From positions 124,001-188,000 of the forward strand of contig QPMI01000054.1 of the NCBI GenBank assembly GCA_004431415.1: DNA of 64,000 nt, in the 5' to 3' direction. The notes below the pieces were generated by a model, which saw only the letters and a program-made list of their open reading frames with translations, made no database searches and was not told the origin of the DNA. Below are positions 29,501 to 41,749 of the stretch, piece by piece; position 1 is the stretch's first letter; each line of letters opens with the position of its first letter. A program made the translations under genes and the position numbers. The DNA is from Cyanophora paradoxa CCMP329. Its lineage: Eukaryota > Plantae > Glaucophyta.

Positions 29501-30251
29501 AAGGGATGTCGCCGGGGGGGATCGGCTGCGTGCTGGCGAGCCGGGCGCTCGGGCCGTTCGCCCGGAAGCGGTCGGTGGAGGGGGAGAAGGGGAGGCTGAC
29601 GCGAGCGAGGCCCTCCGGGGTCGCGCGCCCGTGCAGCGGGGAGCCCGACGCGGAGCGGTTCGGGCGGGCCGACATGGGCGGGCTGGGCGGCGGCGAGCCG
29701 CTGGCGAGCAGCGCCGAACCGTTGTCCTTGCTCAGCGGCAGCGTCAGGTTCCGCTCACGCCCGTCGCCGTCCAGGCTTGCGAAAGCTCCGTTCGGAATCT
29801 GTGCGGGCGCCGGAGATTGGCCCGCGCCGCGCGGCGGGCGACAAGCGCGCGTCGAGGCGCACCCAAACGTTCTCGTCAGCTGCGACTGCAATCCGCTCCT
29901 GGGCGAGCGCTCGGGCCAGGTTGCGCTCCTCGTTCCGTGCCATTTCGTCCTGGGCGCACGGCGAGCGTTAATGGCGACGAACATGGGCCAGCAGTTGCAG
30001 GAATCGGATGCGCTACACACATGCAGGTCCGCCAGCGTGCCGAGGTCGAGCTGCTGTGTGAACTCCGCCTCGACAACGGGAGCCTCCTGCACAAGCGGAG
30101 CGGCCCCGGTTCGCCCTGGAGAAGACAGGGAGCACGAAGGCAGTCGCACCGCGTCGTCGTCGTCGTTTTCGGGGTCGCGGCCGACTGTAACCCCCACGTA
30201 AACGAGGGGCTCGTCGCTTAGTGCGTCTTCCGATGCACGGTACCGCCTCAT
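26537..30251 (-). CDS. Large Pro/Ala/Ser-rich hypothetical protein with short coiled coils
   Basis: Long ORFs 28302-30296, 27694-28254 and 26537-27805; coiled-coil-like VRAELDREKTKIAALEEELRSIL and WLQEQRARFRQSVIAAERRFMEQ; globular-looking C-terminus ending GFFDALDL*. Exon joins uncertain. Confidence 0.55.
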
Positions 30252-30394
30252 GGGCTCATCCGGCGGCTCCCTGCTGCATCGACCAGCTCCAACCACACGA
30301 GGGCTGTACCCGTGCCAGACTCGTTCCCCACGATAAGGAGGTCGTCGACTCAGCTCGCGGGGGCTGACAGCCAGTGACTAGCTAGGGCCACACA

Positions 30395-33300
30395 ATGCGG
30401 CGCTGGGTGTTCCTGGCGCTCGCGGGCGCCCTCTCACGTGAGCCTCGCCCGCCATCAAATTTCGGCCGAGAGTACCCCGGGCCTGACACGGACGGCGTTC
30501 GTGTGCAGTGCTTGCGTTCGTGACGCTCAGGGCAAGGATGAGCTCGCCCGCGCCGCTCCAGGTGGTCGACGAGGGCAGCTCGCCGAGCATGCTGGCCGCA
30601 GCCGGCGCATCGGCCTTCCTCGGCGAGCTGCCGTTGAAGATCCTATCGATCACTCCTCACACAGGGTGCGCGAACGAAGCACGCGGTTCCGCGGTTCCGC
30701 AACGCCTGCGCTCCAGTCGTTCCGGCGACGTCACCGCCGCGCCTTGCCTCACACGGACGTCTGCAGGTCTGCGATGAAGCACGACGACAAGACCCCCGTG
30801 CCGATCTCGCAGCGCTCTGCGATCACAGTGGTGCGCGCGCGGCAGCCCGCCACGTATCATCCCAAATTTCAGGTCTCTCGGAGCCCGCTCACCCGCCGCG
30901 GCGCCTCGAGCCAGGTCTTCAACCGCGCTGTCATCGCGCTTGGCAGCGATTTCGACAAGGAGGGCTCCGCCAAGGAGCGCGTCCCGTTCACGCTCCACAC
31001 CGACGCCGGCGTCGAGGTCCCCGGCAAGCTCCGCTGGTGCGCCCGGCGATCGCCGCCTCCCGCCGCTGCCCGCCGCCGCCGACGCGGACCCAGGGTGACG
31101 ACGTACATCGCGCGCTTTGACCCGGACGTGGACTGGCCGACCGACCTGACGCTCGAGGTCCGCGTCAACCTCCAGCTCAAGACCTACGGTGCGCGGCCGG
31201 GCGCCTCCGAGGCCCCCCGCCGCCGGCGCCGGCCGCCGACCCGCGCCCGCGCGGCGCGCGCAGGCGGCGTGGCCCTCTCGAACCCCGCCTACCGCACCTT
31301 CGTCACGCCGGCGCGCCCCGGCCCCGGCCCCCGGCCCCGGCCTGCCGGCGCCTGACGCCGCCCCGCCGCGGCGCGCAGGCGCTGGAGTGGTCGCTGGGGA
31401 CGGTGACGAGCGAGAAGGCGAGGAACGCGACGGGGGGCTGGTGGGACCCGTTCCTCGCCGGGCCCGACCCCGAGAACCGCGTCCCCGAAGGTTCCCCCCC
31501 CCCCCCCGCAGAACCTAAAAGACGTTGTGCAGCGCCGTTCAAGGAAGGCGCCGCCCGCGCTCACGCCCGCGCAGTGCCGGAGGACGGGCGCGTCACGCTC
31601 TCCTTCACGCACGCCGTCGACGCCAAGCTCCTGGCCCGCATCCTGACCCTCACGGGCCCCCGCGGCGAGGCCGTCCCCTTCACCGTCGAGGCCTGCCCCC
31701 CGGGGGCAGCCGCCGGCGGCCCCTTCCCCGTCCCCGCCTTCCGCGGCGGCTTCTACGGCGGCTACCAGCCGCCGGCGCCGGCCGGCGGGTGCGCGGTGGT
31801 CGTCCCCTCGGCCCCGCTGGCGCTGGACGGGGCGTACAAGCTGGCGCTGCCGGCGGGGAGCCGCGTGCACCCGCTCGCGGGCCCCACCAAGCGGGACCTG
31901 GAGCTCAAGCTCTCGGGCCCCACCTCCTTCTCCTTCCCCTTCGTCGCCGTCCCGGGGCACCCCGACACGGGCCTGCGCCCCTCGTTCCGCCGCTACCACC
32001 TCTGGCTCAAGCACGGCCTCGCCGCCGCCCCCGGCACCCCCGCCGAGCGCGCCGCCCTCGACGCCCTCGCCGCCGCCATCACCGTCATCCCCGGCGTTCC
32101 CATCAAGGCGCGCCGCACCGTACCCCCCGCGCCTCGTCCCCCCTCCGCTCTAACTAACGCGGGGCACAGGTCACGCGCGTCGGGCTGGCCCGGATCCAGA
32201 TCGAGGGACCCTTCGACCCGTCCGTCTGGTACAAGATCCACGTGGGGGCCTCCGCCGCCGTCCGCGACGCCGTGCGCCCGTACCCCTCTCCCGCTGCTCC
32301 CCCCTTCTCAACGAGAGCAGTTCGGGAACCCGCTGGTGGCGTCGGAGACGGCCTTCCAGTCCGCGGACGGGCCCTCCTCCTTCCTCCAGGCCCAGGGCTA
32401 CGCCCTCTTCGACGCCGACTTCGGTGCGACGCCGGCGCCCCAGCCCCCGTCTCGGCCCGTCCCACCGACAGGCGGGCTGCGGGGGTGCAGGCGGGCGCTG
32501 GCACGTGCTCGCCATCGGGACGAACCTCCGCGTCGGCGAGCAGCAGTACGGCGCCCAGCAGGTGCCTTGACCACTGTTCTCTTTGCTCCTCCGCCTCTCT
32601 GCCCCTGACGCCCTCGGGCGCGGGCAGGTGCCGCGGGTGCCGTTCGCGGTGGCGGGGGCGGCGGTGGGCCCCGTGGAGGGCCCCGACTTCTCGGCGCTCG
32701 CCCTCGCGCTGCGGGACCGGCACGGCGACCGGGAGCCGCTCCTCCCCGAGTCCTCCCGCGTCGAGGCGCCCCTCACCCCGGCGCTGAGCCTCGCCCGCGC
32801 CTCGGACGCTGACGGGGGCGCCGAGGGCCTCGACGCGGCGGCCCTGCTGGCCCCCAGCGGCCTCTTCGCGCGGCACTCGTACACGGGGGTCGGGTGGGAC
32901 TGCTCGGGGGGGCCCTGCGGCCCCTACGTGCAGCGCCAGACCGAGTTCGCGGCCGTCTCCTCCGTCGCCGTCTCCCTCGTCGCCTCCGCCTCGGACCTCA
33001 CCGCCTGGGTCACCCGCCTCTCCGACGCCTCGAGCGTGGCGGGGGCCACCGTGCTCCTCTACGGCTTCAACTGGCAGGACCGCAGCGTCAAGGAGCTCGG
33101 GCGGGCCACCACCGGCCCCGACGGCACCGCCGCCCTGCCCCTCGTCGCCCCGGGCTCCTACGAGCTCTCCGCCTTCGTCGTCCACGAGGGCCGCGTCCTC
33201 TACCACCCCCAGGCCAGCCGCCCTCCCGTCGCTCTCGGCGTACCCCCCAAACGACCCTTCCGTTCCCGCCGCAGGTCCCCACCGTCTACGGCGGGTACGA

Positions 33301-36300
33301 CGACGGAAAGCCGCACGGCACCATCCTCACGGACAGGCGCGCGCGCGGCGACGCCTTCGAAGGGAAACCTCCCCGCGCTGACTCGAGCCCAGGGCGATGT
33401 ACAAGGAGGGGGACGTCGTGCACGTGAAGGGGTACCTGCGCCAGAACGGGGGGAAGAGCGGCCTTCAGGTGTACGACCCCTCCAACCTCGACCACTGGAT
33501 CGAGGCGCGCGTACCCCCGTCCCCTTCCGCCCCCGTCGGCGCAATTCATCCTCACCGCCCCCTCAGGTGCGGTGGAGCGACCAGCGGCCGTCGGCGGAGC
33601 GCGTACCCGTTAAGATCGACCCCGAGCACGGATCCTTCGACGCCCAGCTCACCGTACCCGGCGACGTCTCCTACGGTGCCCCGCGTCCCCGTACCCCTCG
33701 CGGCCCTCCCTCCGTCCGAGCTCCGTCCCCCAGGCATGCGCGGGATCACGCTCATGTCGGCGCCGCCGGCCAAGGGCAGCCACGACGTCGAGGCCGTCGG
33801 CTCGTCCCCCAAGAAGGCCCGCGTACCCAAGTAAAACTCGGTACCCCTCCTTCGCGTGACTCACGCGCTCTGCAGGTCGCGCCGGAGCACAAGGGCTTCG
33901 CGGCGTCCCCGCGCTACGTCCCCGGCGTCGATTCCTTCAAGGCGCGTACCCCCACCCCATTTCCCCCGCCGCCCCTTACTTCTCCCCCCCTCCAGATCGC
34001 CCCCGACCACGACCCGGCGATGTACGGGGCCTACCATATCGCGTACGCCTCCATCACCATCGCGGGTTCGGATCCCGGCGCGTTCCTTTTCTCCGCGCGC
34101 CTCACGCCGGGCCGGGCAGACCCGCGGGTGCCGACGGTGACGCTCAAGTTCGAGGCGGAGCACAAGCTCGTCCGCCCGGGCCCCAGCGCCTCGTTCCCCG
34201 TCACGGTACCCCCGCCCGGCCTCGTCCCCCCCTCAGCCTCGGGCTCAGCGCCGGCCTCAGGTGACTTGCCGGACGTACGTGGGCACGGCGGTCGCGGGGG
34301 CCTCGGTGGCGATCAAGTGGCACGTGGGGGGCGGGGGCGGCGTGCGGCCCATGCCGGTGCCCGGGCGCTACCTGAAGGGCCCGGCCTTCGACGCCGGCGG
34401 CGGCGGCGGCGGCGTGGGCGGCGAGACGGTCGGCGCGCGCCTCCCCGCCGACTGGGTCGGCGTGCCGGAGGCCTTCCCGCCCCCGCCGGAGCCGGCGCCC
34501 GAGTCGAGCGGGGAGCTGACGGCCACGACGGGGGCGGACGGGCGGGCGACGGTGGACGTGCACCTCGCGGCGCCGGCGCTGAAGCGGGCGCTCGAGGCGG
34601 GCGACCGCGTCGAGCTGAGCGCCGTCTGGGTCGGCCCCACCCGCGAGGAGCTCAAGGAGTCCGCCACCGTCCGCGTCGCCCCCTCCGAGTGGGAGGTCCG
34701 AGATCCCGTACCCCCCGCTCCCCACCTCGAGATGGCTCTGACCTCAGAGCGACAGGTGGCGATGACGCCGGCGTACTCGCCGCCGCTCCCTGGGCGCCCC
34801 GTCATGTGGCTCGTGGCCGTCCGCACCGTCCTGGACGGCGCGAGCGTCGACGGCGCCAAGGTCTCCCTCAAGCTGTACCCCTGGCGCGCGGCCCCCGGGG
34901 CGGCCGTGCCCCCGCCGGACGCGGAGGGGCGGCTGGTGCTGCCGGGCGTGACGGACCAGGCCCCCGCCGACGAGTGCGAGGCGGTGTCGGACGGCGGGCG
35001 CGACTTCCAGTGCCCCATCGCCCTCCCCTCCGTCGGGCGCTTCCTCCTCGTCGCGGAGGCGCGCGACCCGGCGGGCCGGGCCGCGGTCACGGCCGTGCCC
35101 CTCGGTTCGACGGCGGAGGAGTGGCGCAAGCGGCCCCTGCGCTCCCTCGGCTCCCTCGCCTCCGTCCTCGACAAGGTAGATCGAGGCTCTTGAGGCTTCC
35201 TTTCTCTCGGCTTCGACGTTGACGGCGGCGCCTTCTTCTCAGGCCGAGTACGCGCGCGGGGAGACGGCGCGGCTGCGCTTCGCGAGCGCGCACCTGCCGG
35301 CCGGCTCGCGGGCGCTCGTGCGCTGGGGCTCCAAGGCCCGCCGCTCGGCCCAGGTCGACCTCCCCGCCGCCGCCGCCGGCGAAGTCGAGGTCCCTATCGA
35401 GGTCCGCACGCGTCCCCGCCCTTCTGCGGGAATCGCCCATAAATATAGAAGAAGAAGAAGAAGGGGTCCTCTTCTAGAACAGAAGAATAGAAGAATAGGG
35501 GTCCGCTCTCTAGGACGCTGAGAAACGCCGGTAGAACAAGCCGAAGGGGTCCTCGTCCCCTCTTGACCGGCGGCCTCGCAGGTGGGCGACGAGTGCTCGG
35601 GCCAGTGCCCCGTGACCGTGGCGATCATCACGCCGCGGGGGGCCCCCGGCGCCGCCGCCTTCCCCCCCGACCTCGCCGTCTCCCCTCTGCTGGACCCCGC
35701 CGCCCCGCGCCTCATCCTCCTCCAGACCGCCCTCACCGCCCGCCCCGCCTCCCGACCCCCGCCTCCAGCCGGGGCTGACCTCCGCGCTCAGGTGAAGGAG
35801 GCGCGGCGCTCGCTGCAGCTCTCCGTCGCCCCCGCCAAGGAAGTGCGCCGGCCCCGCCCCCCTCGGCACGCACTCTCGCCCCTCTGACCCTCCGCCCCGC
35901 GCAGACGCTGGCGCCGGGGGCCAAGGCGAGCCTGAAGGTCTCCCTGAAGGACGCCGACGGGCGCCCCGCCGCCGGCGAAATCTCCATCTGGTCCGCCCCA
36001 CGCCCGCCCGCCCCTCTTTAACTTCCCTGTCCCCGAGCCCCCGCCTTCGTTCGCAGGGCGGTGGAGCAGGCGCTGCTGGACCTGATGCCGCACCCGCTCG
36101 CCCGCCTCAACGAGACCTTCCGGGGGCCCGACGCCCCCTGGGACCAGGCCCGCCCGCCCTCCCCTCGATCCCGCCACGCCCCGCCTCAGCCTCCCGCGCA
36201 GGTCGGCGACTCGCGCCAGCTGCTGGCGACGGCCTCCGCCTACAACCTCGTGCCTTCTGCCCCTCCCCCTCCCCCTCCTCCCCCTTCGTGACGCCCGCGC

Positions 36301-39300
36301 GCGCCCTCAGACGGTGGAGGTGGCGCGGCGGCGCATGGCGAAGGACCCCTGGCTCCTCCCCGGTGCCCTCCGCCCCCCACCCTGGGGCCCATCGATCGCA
36401 GGTGCGCTGACCGGCGGCCCCCGCGCGCAGGCGCGTGGCCGCTGCGGGCGGAGGGCGGCGGCATGTTCCACTACGGCCCTGGCAGGCGAGCACGGCCACG
36501 CGGCGCCCGGCGCCCGGCGCCCTCCTCGCTCTGATGCGAGCGCCCGGCCGGCCGCGCAGCGACGTCGACGTGCCGGACGAGGAGGTCCTCGCGGGGTGCG
36601 CGGGCCCCGCTTAGGAGAAAGGGAAGGAGGGCTGAGGGGCGGGGGCGGTGCAGGGCCAAGTCGGAGATCACGCGCTTCCCGTGGGGCGCGGGCCCCGTCT
36701 TCGCGCAGCCCTACGCCATGCGCGCCATGGCCAAGGGCGCGATGATGGAGGCCCGCCCGCCCCCGCCCCTTTCTGAGCGTCTGCCCGGCTCACTTCGCTT
36801 CGCTTAGAGCGCGGTGGCGATGGACATGGCGGCGCCGATGATGGCCGCCGCCCCGCCCCCGGTGCCCCTCCCCCACGCCCGCGACCTCCGCCCCCGCCCC
36901 CGCCCCCCCGTCCCAGATGGAAGGAATGGGGGGCGCTAGGTCGCCTCGGGTTAGCGTCGAGGGCCGCGGGCCGAGGGCTGACCCGCGGGGCCAGCAGGGC
37001 GCGGCGATGGTGAACGCGGTGGGCTTCGGGGCGCCCGCGGGGGGCGCCGGCGGCGCCGGGGGCCCCTCGGGCCTCGCCGTCTCCGTACCCGTCCGCTCCG
37101 CCTTCCAGGCGCGCCCTCTTCCCATCCAGCCTCGCCTTGCCTCGCCTTGCGCGCTTCTGAGGCGGCCGGCCCGGCAGGCGGTGCCGCTGTCCAAGCGGGC
37201 GCTGGCGGTCCCGGCCTCGGGCGAGGTCACCGTCGAGTTCGACATGCCCGACAACGCCGGTCCGGCCCTCGCTGTGAAGACATCGAGCGGCTCTTCTTGA
37301 CGTCCTCCGTCGTGCCGGCAGGCACCTTCGCGATCCGGGCGTACGCGTCGGCGGGCAGGGCGGCCCCCGACGCCTTCGGGCAGGCCGAGGCCTCTCTCGT
37401 GGCCCGCCGCCCCCTCTCGCTGCAGCCGAGCGTGCCCCGCATCGTCCGCCTCGGCGACGCCTTCGAGTGCGGCGTCACCGCCACCGCCGCCGACCCCGCC
37501 TTCGCCGGTCCGGCCCCCGCCCCGCCCCTCTCTCCCTTCCTAGTCCAAGACCCCCCTCCCCCAAGGCTCGGTGGAGGTGGGGGCGGAGCTGGCGGCGGGG
37601 GCGCCGCTGGCGCTGCAGGGGGAGGCCCGCAGGAGCGCGGGGCTCTCGGGGGCCGCCCCCCGCGAGGTCCGCTTCGCCTTCTCCGCCGCCAAGCTCGGCG
37701 AGGCCAAGGTGCCCTCTACCCCCCTCCAATCCCCCTCCCAAAACGCCGATTTGATTATGGGGTACAGGTGACGTTCGCGGCGCGTGACTCGGCGGGGGAG
37801 GAGGACGCGCTGGAGGCGCGCATCCCCGTCGAGCCCCTCTCCGAGGCGGTGCGTACCCCCCGGGCACTCCACCCCCCCCTCTCCGATCCGACCTCGCGGC
37901 AGCTGTTCGTGGCCTCGTCGGTGGCGATCCAGGCGACGGCGGGCGGGGCGCCCTGGGACGAGGGCGTCGAGCTCCCCCCCGCCCTCCCGGGCTCCGGCAC
38001 CGTCTCCCTCGACGCCTCCGTCGGCCGGTCCGCCCCGCCTCCTCCGCCTTCCCTCTTTCCATCCTCCTCTAAGCGCCGGGCCGCAGGGAGGCGGCGGTGG
38101 AGGCGATGGCGCGCCTCGTCCTCGACGCCCGCGACGCCGACGGCCCGCCCCGCCCCCGCCCCCTCCCTCTTTCGTCGCTTCCTCTCGTTCTGACGCGACT
38201 CCGCAGTGAACGGAGAGACGACCCTCGCCACCATCGCCGCCCGCGTGCGTACCCCTCATCGGAGCGCGTTCCCCGGCCCGGCTCTAGATCTGAATCGGTA
38301 CCCCGCTCCCCCGCGCAGGCGGCCATGGCGGCGTACGCGTCGCCCTCGTCCAGCGTACCCCCTCCCGAGATCGCCGTCGCCGTCGAGCAGGTCGGTGGGG
38401 GCAGGGGGGGGCACGGCATTCTTTCCCGCCCCTCGCCGAGCCTTTCGCCGCAGGCGTACGCGGGGGCGCTTTCGGCGCTGGAGTCGCACTCGGACCCCGG
38501 CCGCGGCCTCCGCCGCTACGCCGTGCGCCTTCCGCCCTTCTCCCCCTTCCCGATCCTTCTGATCCTGTACCCCCAGCGGGACACGAACTCGAACTGGGTC
38601 GACACGCACCTGAACTCGTTGGCCCTCTTCGTGGCCGACGTGCGCTCGAATCTGGGTGGGGTCCCTTTCCTTTCCCGCGGGGCCTGACTGGTGCGCCGCC
38701 TCCCGCAGCGCCTGGCGGGGCACGGGTTCAACCTGCCCGGCCACCTCCGCGACTGGTACACCGACGCCCTCGGTGCGCCCGCGTACCCCCGCCTCGAATT
38801 CGCGTACCCCTTCCGAACGCGCGGGGCGCAGGGCGGGAGATGCAGCGGCAGGCGCAGGAGGCGCGGAACCACGGGTACAGCTTCTCGAACTGGGAGGGCC
38901 TGGCGCTGGCGCGGCTGGCGCTCTCCCCCGCCTGGCAGGCGGGGTACGACGAGCTCTCCTGGGACAGCCTCCTCGCCAACATCGACCGCTGCTCGGCCCG
39001 CCTCCCCTCCTCCCGCCCGCCTCTGCTCGCCCCGCTCACGGCGGGGCGGGCAGATGGGGGGGAAGGCGGCGGCGGCCCTCGCCGCCATCCTCCACTCGGA
39101 CGCCGGCCGCGCCAAGGGCGCCCCCGCCGTCAAGCCCTCCGACGAGCGCATCGCGGTACCCTCGTCCTGATCGTCGCCTGTACTCTCCTTTGGCTCACGC
39201 CGTGCCCCCGCAGGCGATCCTGGAGTTCATCGCCGCGAACCTGCGCGTCCAGGGTGCGGCCTGCCCCTCTCCCTTCCTCCCTTCCGAGCTGACGGCGACG

Positions 39301-41260
39301 GGCAGGGCGGACGGCGTACGTGGCGGAGGCGTCGGGGAGCGCCCGCCCGGCGGGGGGGCAGGCCAACGCGTTCGCCCTCGTCGCCCTTCTCCGCGGCGGC
39401 CACGCCGCCCACCCCCTCGTCGAGAAGGCGCCGCGCCCCCCTTCCTTGTCCCTCCACCCGCCCCTCGGATCTGACGGGGCGCCGCGTGCAGCTGGCGAAC
39501 TCGGTCGCGCGGGGCTCGCCCGCCGGCGCCGTCGCCTACTGCGGGCCCTCGCCCCTCCAGGCGCTCCCTAGCCCCTCCCCGCCCGCCGTCCTCCACCGAG
39601 GCCCTGGATCTCGAGCAGGTTGCGGTGGGGGCGCTGGCGATCGCGGACTACGACGCGGTGCGGGGGAGCACCGCCGCCGACCTCGCCCTCTCCGTCGCCT
39701 CCGGCGCCCACAGTCCGCCCCGCCCCGCCCCGCCCCGCTCGGGCTTCCCTTTGCAGTTTGCAGCCCTCTGAGCCGGGGCAGGCCTGATGGAGGAGAAGTT
39801 TGCGGGCCCGCGGGCGGCCCCCCGGCACGCCGAGGCGCGCTGGGAGGCCCTCGACGACCCCCCGGCGCCCCTCCTCTTCACCGCCACCGGCAAGGGCGAG
39901 GCGCGCCCGCGCCCCGCCGCTCTGCTCCGCCCCTCCTCCTCCTCCTAACCCTGCGCCCGGGGCAGGTCTCGGTGGCGGCCGGGCTGCGCTTCGTCCCCGC
40001 GAAGCTCTACTCGTACCCGCTGTACCGGGGCCTGTACGTGGAGCGGAGCGTTCGGCGGGTGGACGCGGCGACGCTGGAGCCGCGGGGGCGGCCCGTCGGG
40101 GCCGCCGCCCTCGCCGAGACCCTCCTCGTCACCCTCCAGATCACCACCCCCGACGAGCTCTCCGGCGTCGAGGGTCCGCGGCGTACCCCCCTCTCTTCCT
40201 CTCCCCCTCCCGATCTGACCTTCCTGCAGTGGTGGACCTGCTGCCGGGGGGGCTGGAGGCGGTGGACCCGAACGTGGACCCCGCCGGCCGCACCGACGCC
40301 CTCTGGGGCTCCCCCTTCTACCACCGCCAGGCCCGTCCGTTTAGCGGGGGCCTTCTCTTTTCAGGGCCGGCGGGCTGACGGGCGTACGCCGCGCGCGCAG
40401 GTGAAGAAGGACCGCGTCACGATGCACGCGCGGCAGCTGCCCCCCGGCACCCACTCCGTCTCCTACCAGGTGCCGTACCCCCCTTCCCCCCTCCATCCCC
40501 CTGCCTCCGACCCTCCTCCTCAGGTCCGGGCCGTCACGGCCGGCACCTTCGCCCTCCCGGTCCGAATCCGCTCCCCCCCCCCAGCTCCCTGTACCCCCTC
40601 ACTTTCGGCGCAGTCGACGCGGGCGTACGCGGTGGAGCAGCCGGAGCTGATGGGCCTCGCCCCCGCCGGCTCCTTCTCCGTCCGGTGCGGGGGGTACACG
40701 CCCCGCCGTCCCCGAGGCCCGACCGGGGCGCCCCGCGCAGGGACGGTAAGGTCACCGACGACGAGGCCGCCGCCGCCGCAACCTACGCCGTCTCGGTACC
40801 CCCCTCCGGCTTCCTCCACCTCCTTTCTTCTCTCTCCCCCGACTTAAACGGCGCCGCGCAGGACCCGAAGGCGTGCCCGAACGGCTGCAGCGCCCGCGGC
40901 GCCTGCAACGTCCGCACCGGCACCTGCGGTACCCCCTCCAACCCCCCCCCCCTTCTCCCCGGGCAGCCCTGACACGCTCGCCGGTGCCCGGCAGAGTGCT
41001 CGGCGGGCTTCGCCGGCGCCGACTGCAGCACCGAGGCCTCCTCCCGCCGGCTCCTGGGTACGCTTTGACGTCCCCTGTACCCCCCCCCCCCCCGGCCGCC
41101 CCTGAAACCTCCGGCAGCGAGCGAGGGCTCGGCCCAGGGCCGCGCCCCCGGCGAGGTGCCCTCCGCCCCCGCGGCGGCGCCGTCCCCCCTCCTGGCGGCC
41201 GTGCCCCTCGTCGCCCTTGGCGTCCTCCTCCTCGCCCTCCCCCGCGGCCGCTGGTTCTAG
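30395..41260 (+). CDS. Bacterial-type alpha-2-macroglobulin family protein (Ig-like N-terminus, MG domains, bait region, MG10-like domain) with C-terminal EGF domain and hydrophobic anchor; several dozen introns
   Basis: Signal-like MRRWVFLALAGALSLLAFV; ITVVFNRAVIALG...PGKLRWVTTYIARFDP; ILTDRAMYKEGDVVHVKGYLR; LDKAEYARGETARL; WAVEQALLDL; FDMPDNAGTFAIRAYA...FGQAEASLVARRPLSLQPSVPRIVRLGD; VVDLLPGGLE; YQVRAVTAGTFALP...EQPELMG; CPNGCSARGACNVRTGTCECSAGFAGADC; LLAAVPLVALGVLLLAL; TAG 41258-41260. Confidence 0.85.
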
Positions 41261-41749
41261 CCGCCCCCTCGGGCCCGGGGGCCGGTGCTCCTGAGGGGCA
41301 CGGGTCCCTCCTCTGTACAGTATTTTCTCGGCCATTCAACGTCGGTTGGAATTTTTGCGTCTATATAGCTGTAGTAGCGTCATGTCACAGTGTGAGCATT
41401 GTTCAACACGCACGTTCACAGGAGCCATTGAACGCGAACTAGTACTGCAATTAATATTCGAAGCGCTTTGAGTCTTGTAAGCACTAGCTTAAAATCGGGG
41501 ATCTCTGATCATGATCATGATAATGATCAATAAACCTAGATTAAAACGGTCTAGGATAACGATTGGGCCGATCTGGGATGCCATGATGTCCACCAGGACG
41601 GACTTGAGCAATTGCAAAGATCTAGGAGCGCTAGCAACGACTCGAGAGTCAAAGAGAATCGATGTGGGCGCCGGCGCGATTCGGGACGATAGAGGATGAA
41701 GGCCTAGGGGAGGGGAGCGAGAATTGAAGGGCACCGGCCGGAGCGAGTA

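Noticed and set aside
26501-30221. Long plus-strand ORFs of 788, 593 and 565 aa
   Set aside because: They are Arg/Gly-rich antisense shadows of the minus-strand gene. Stop codons are rare at this GC content.
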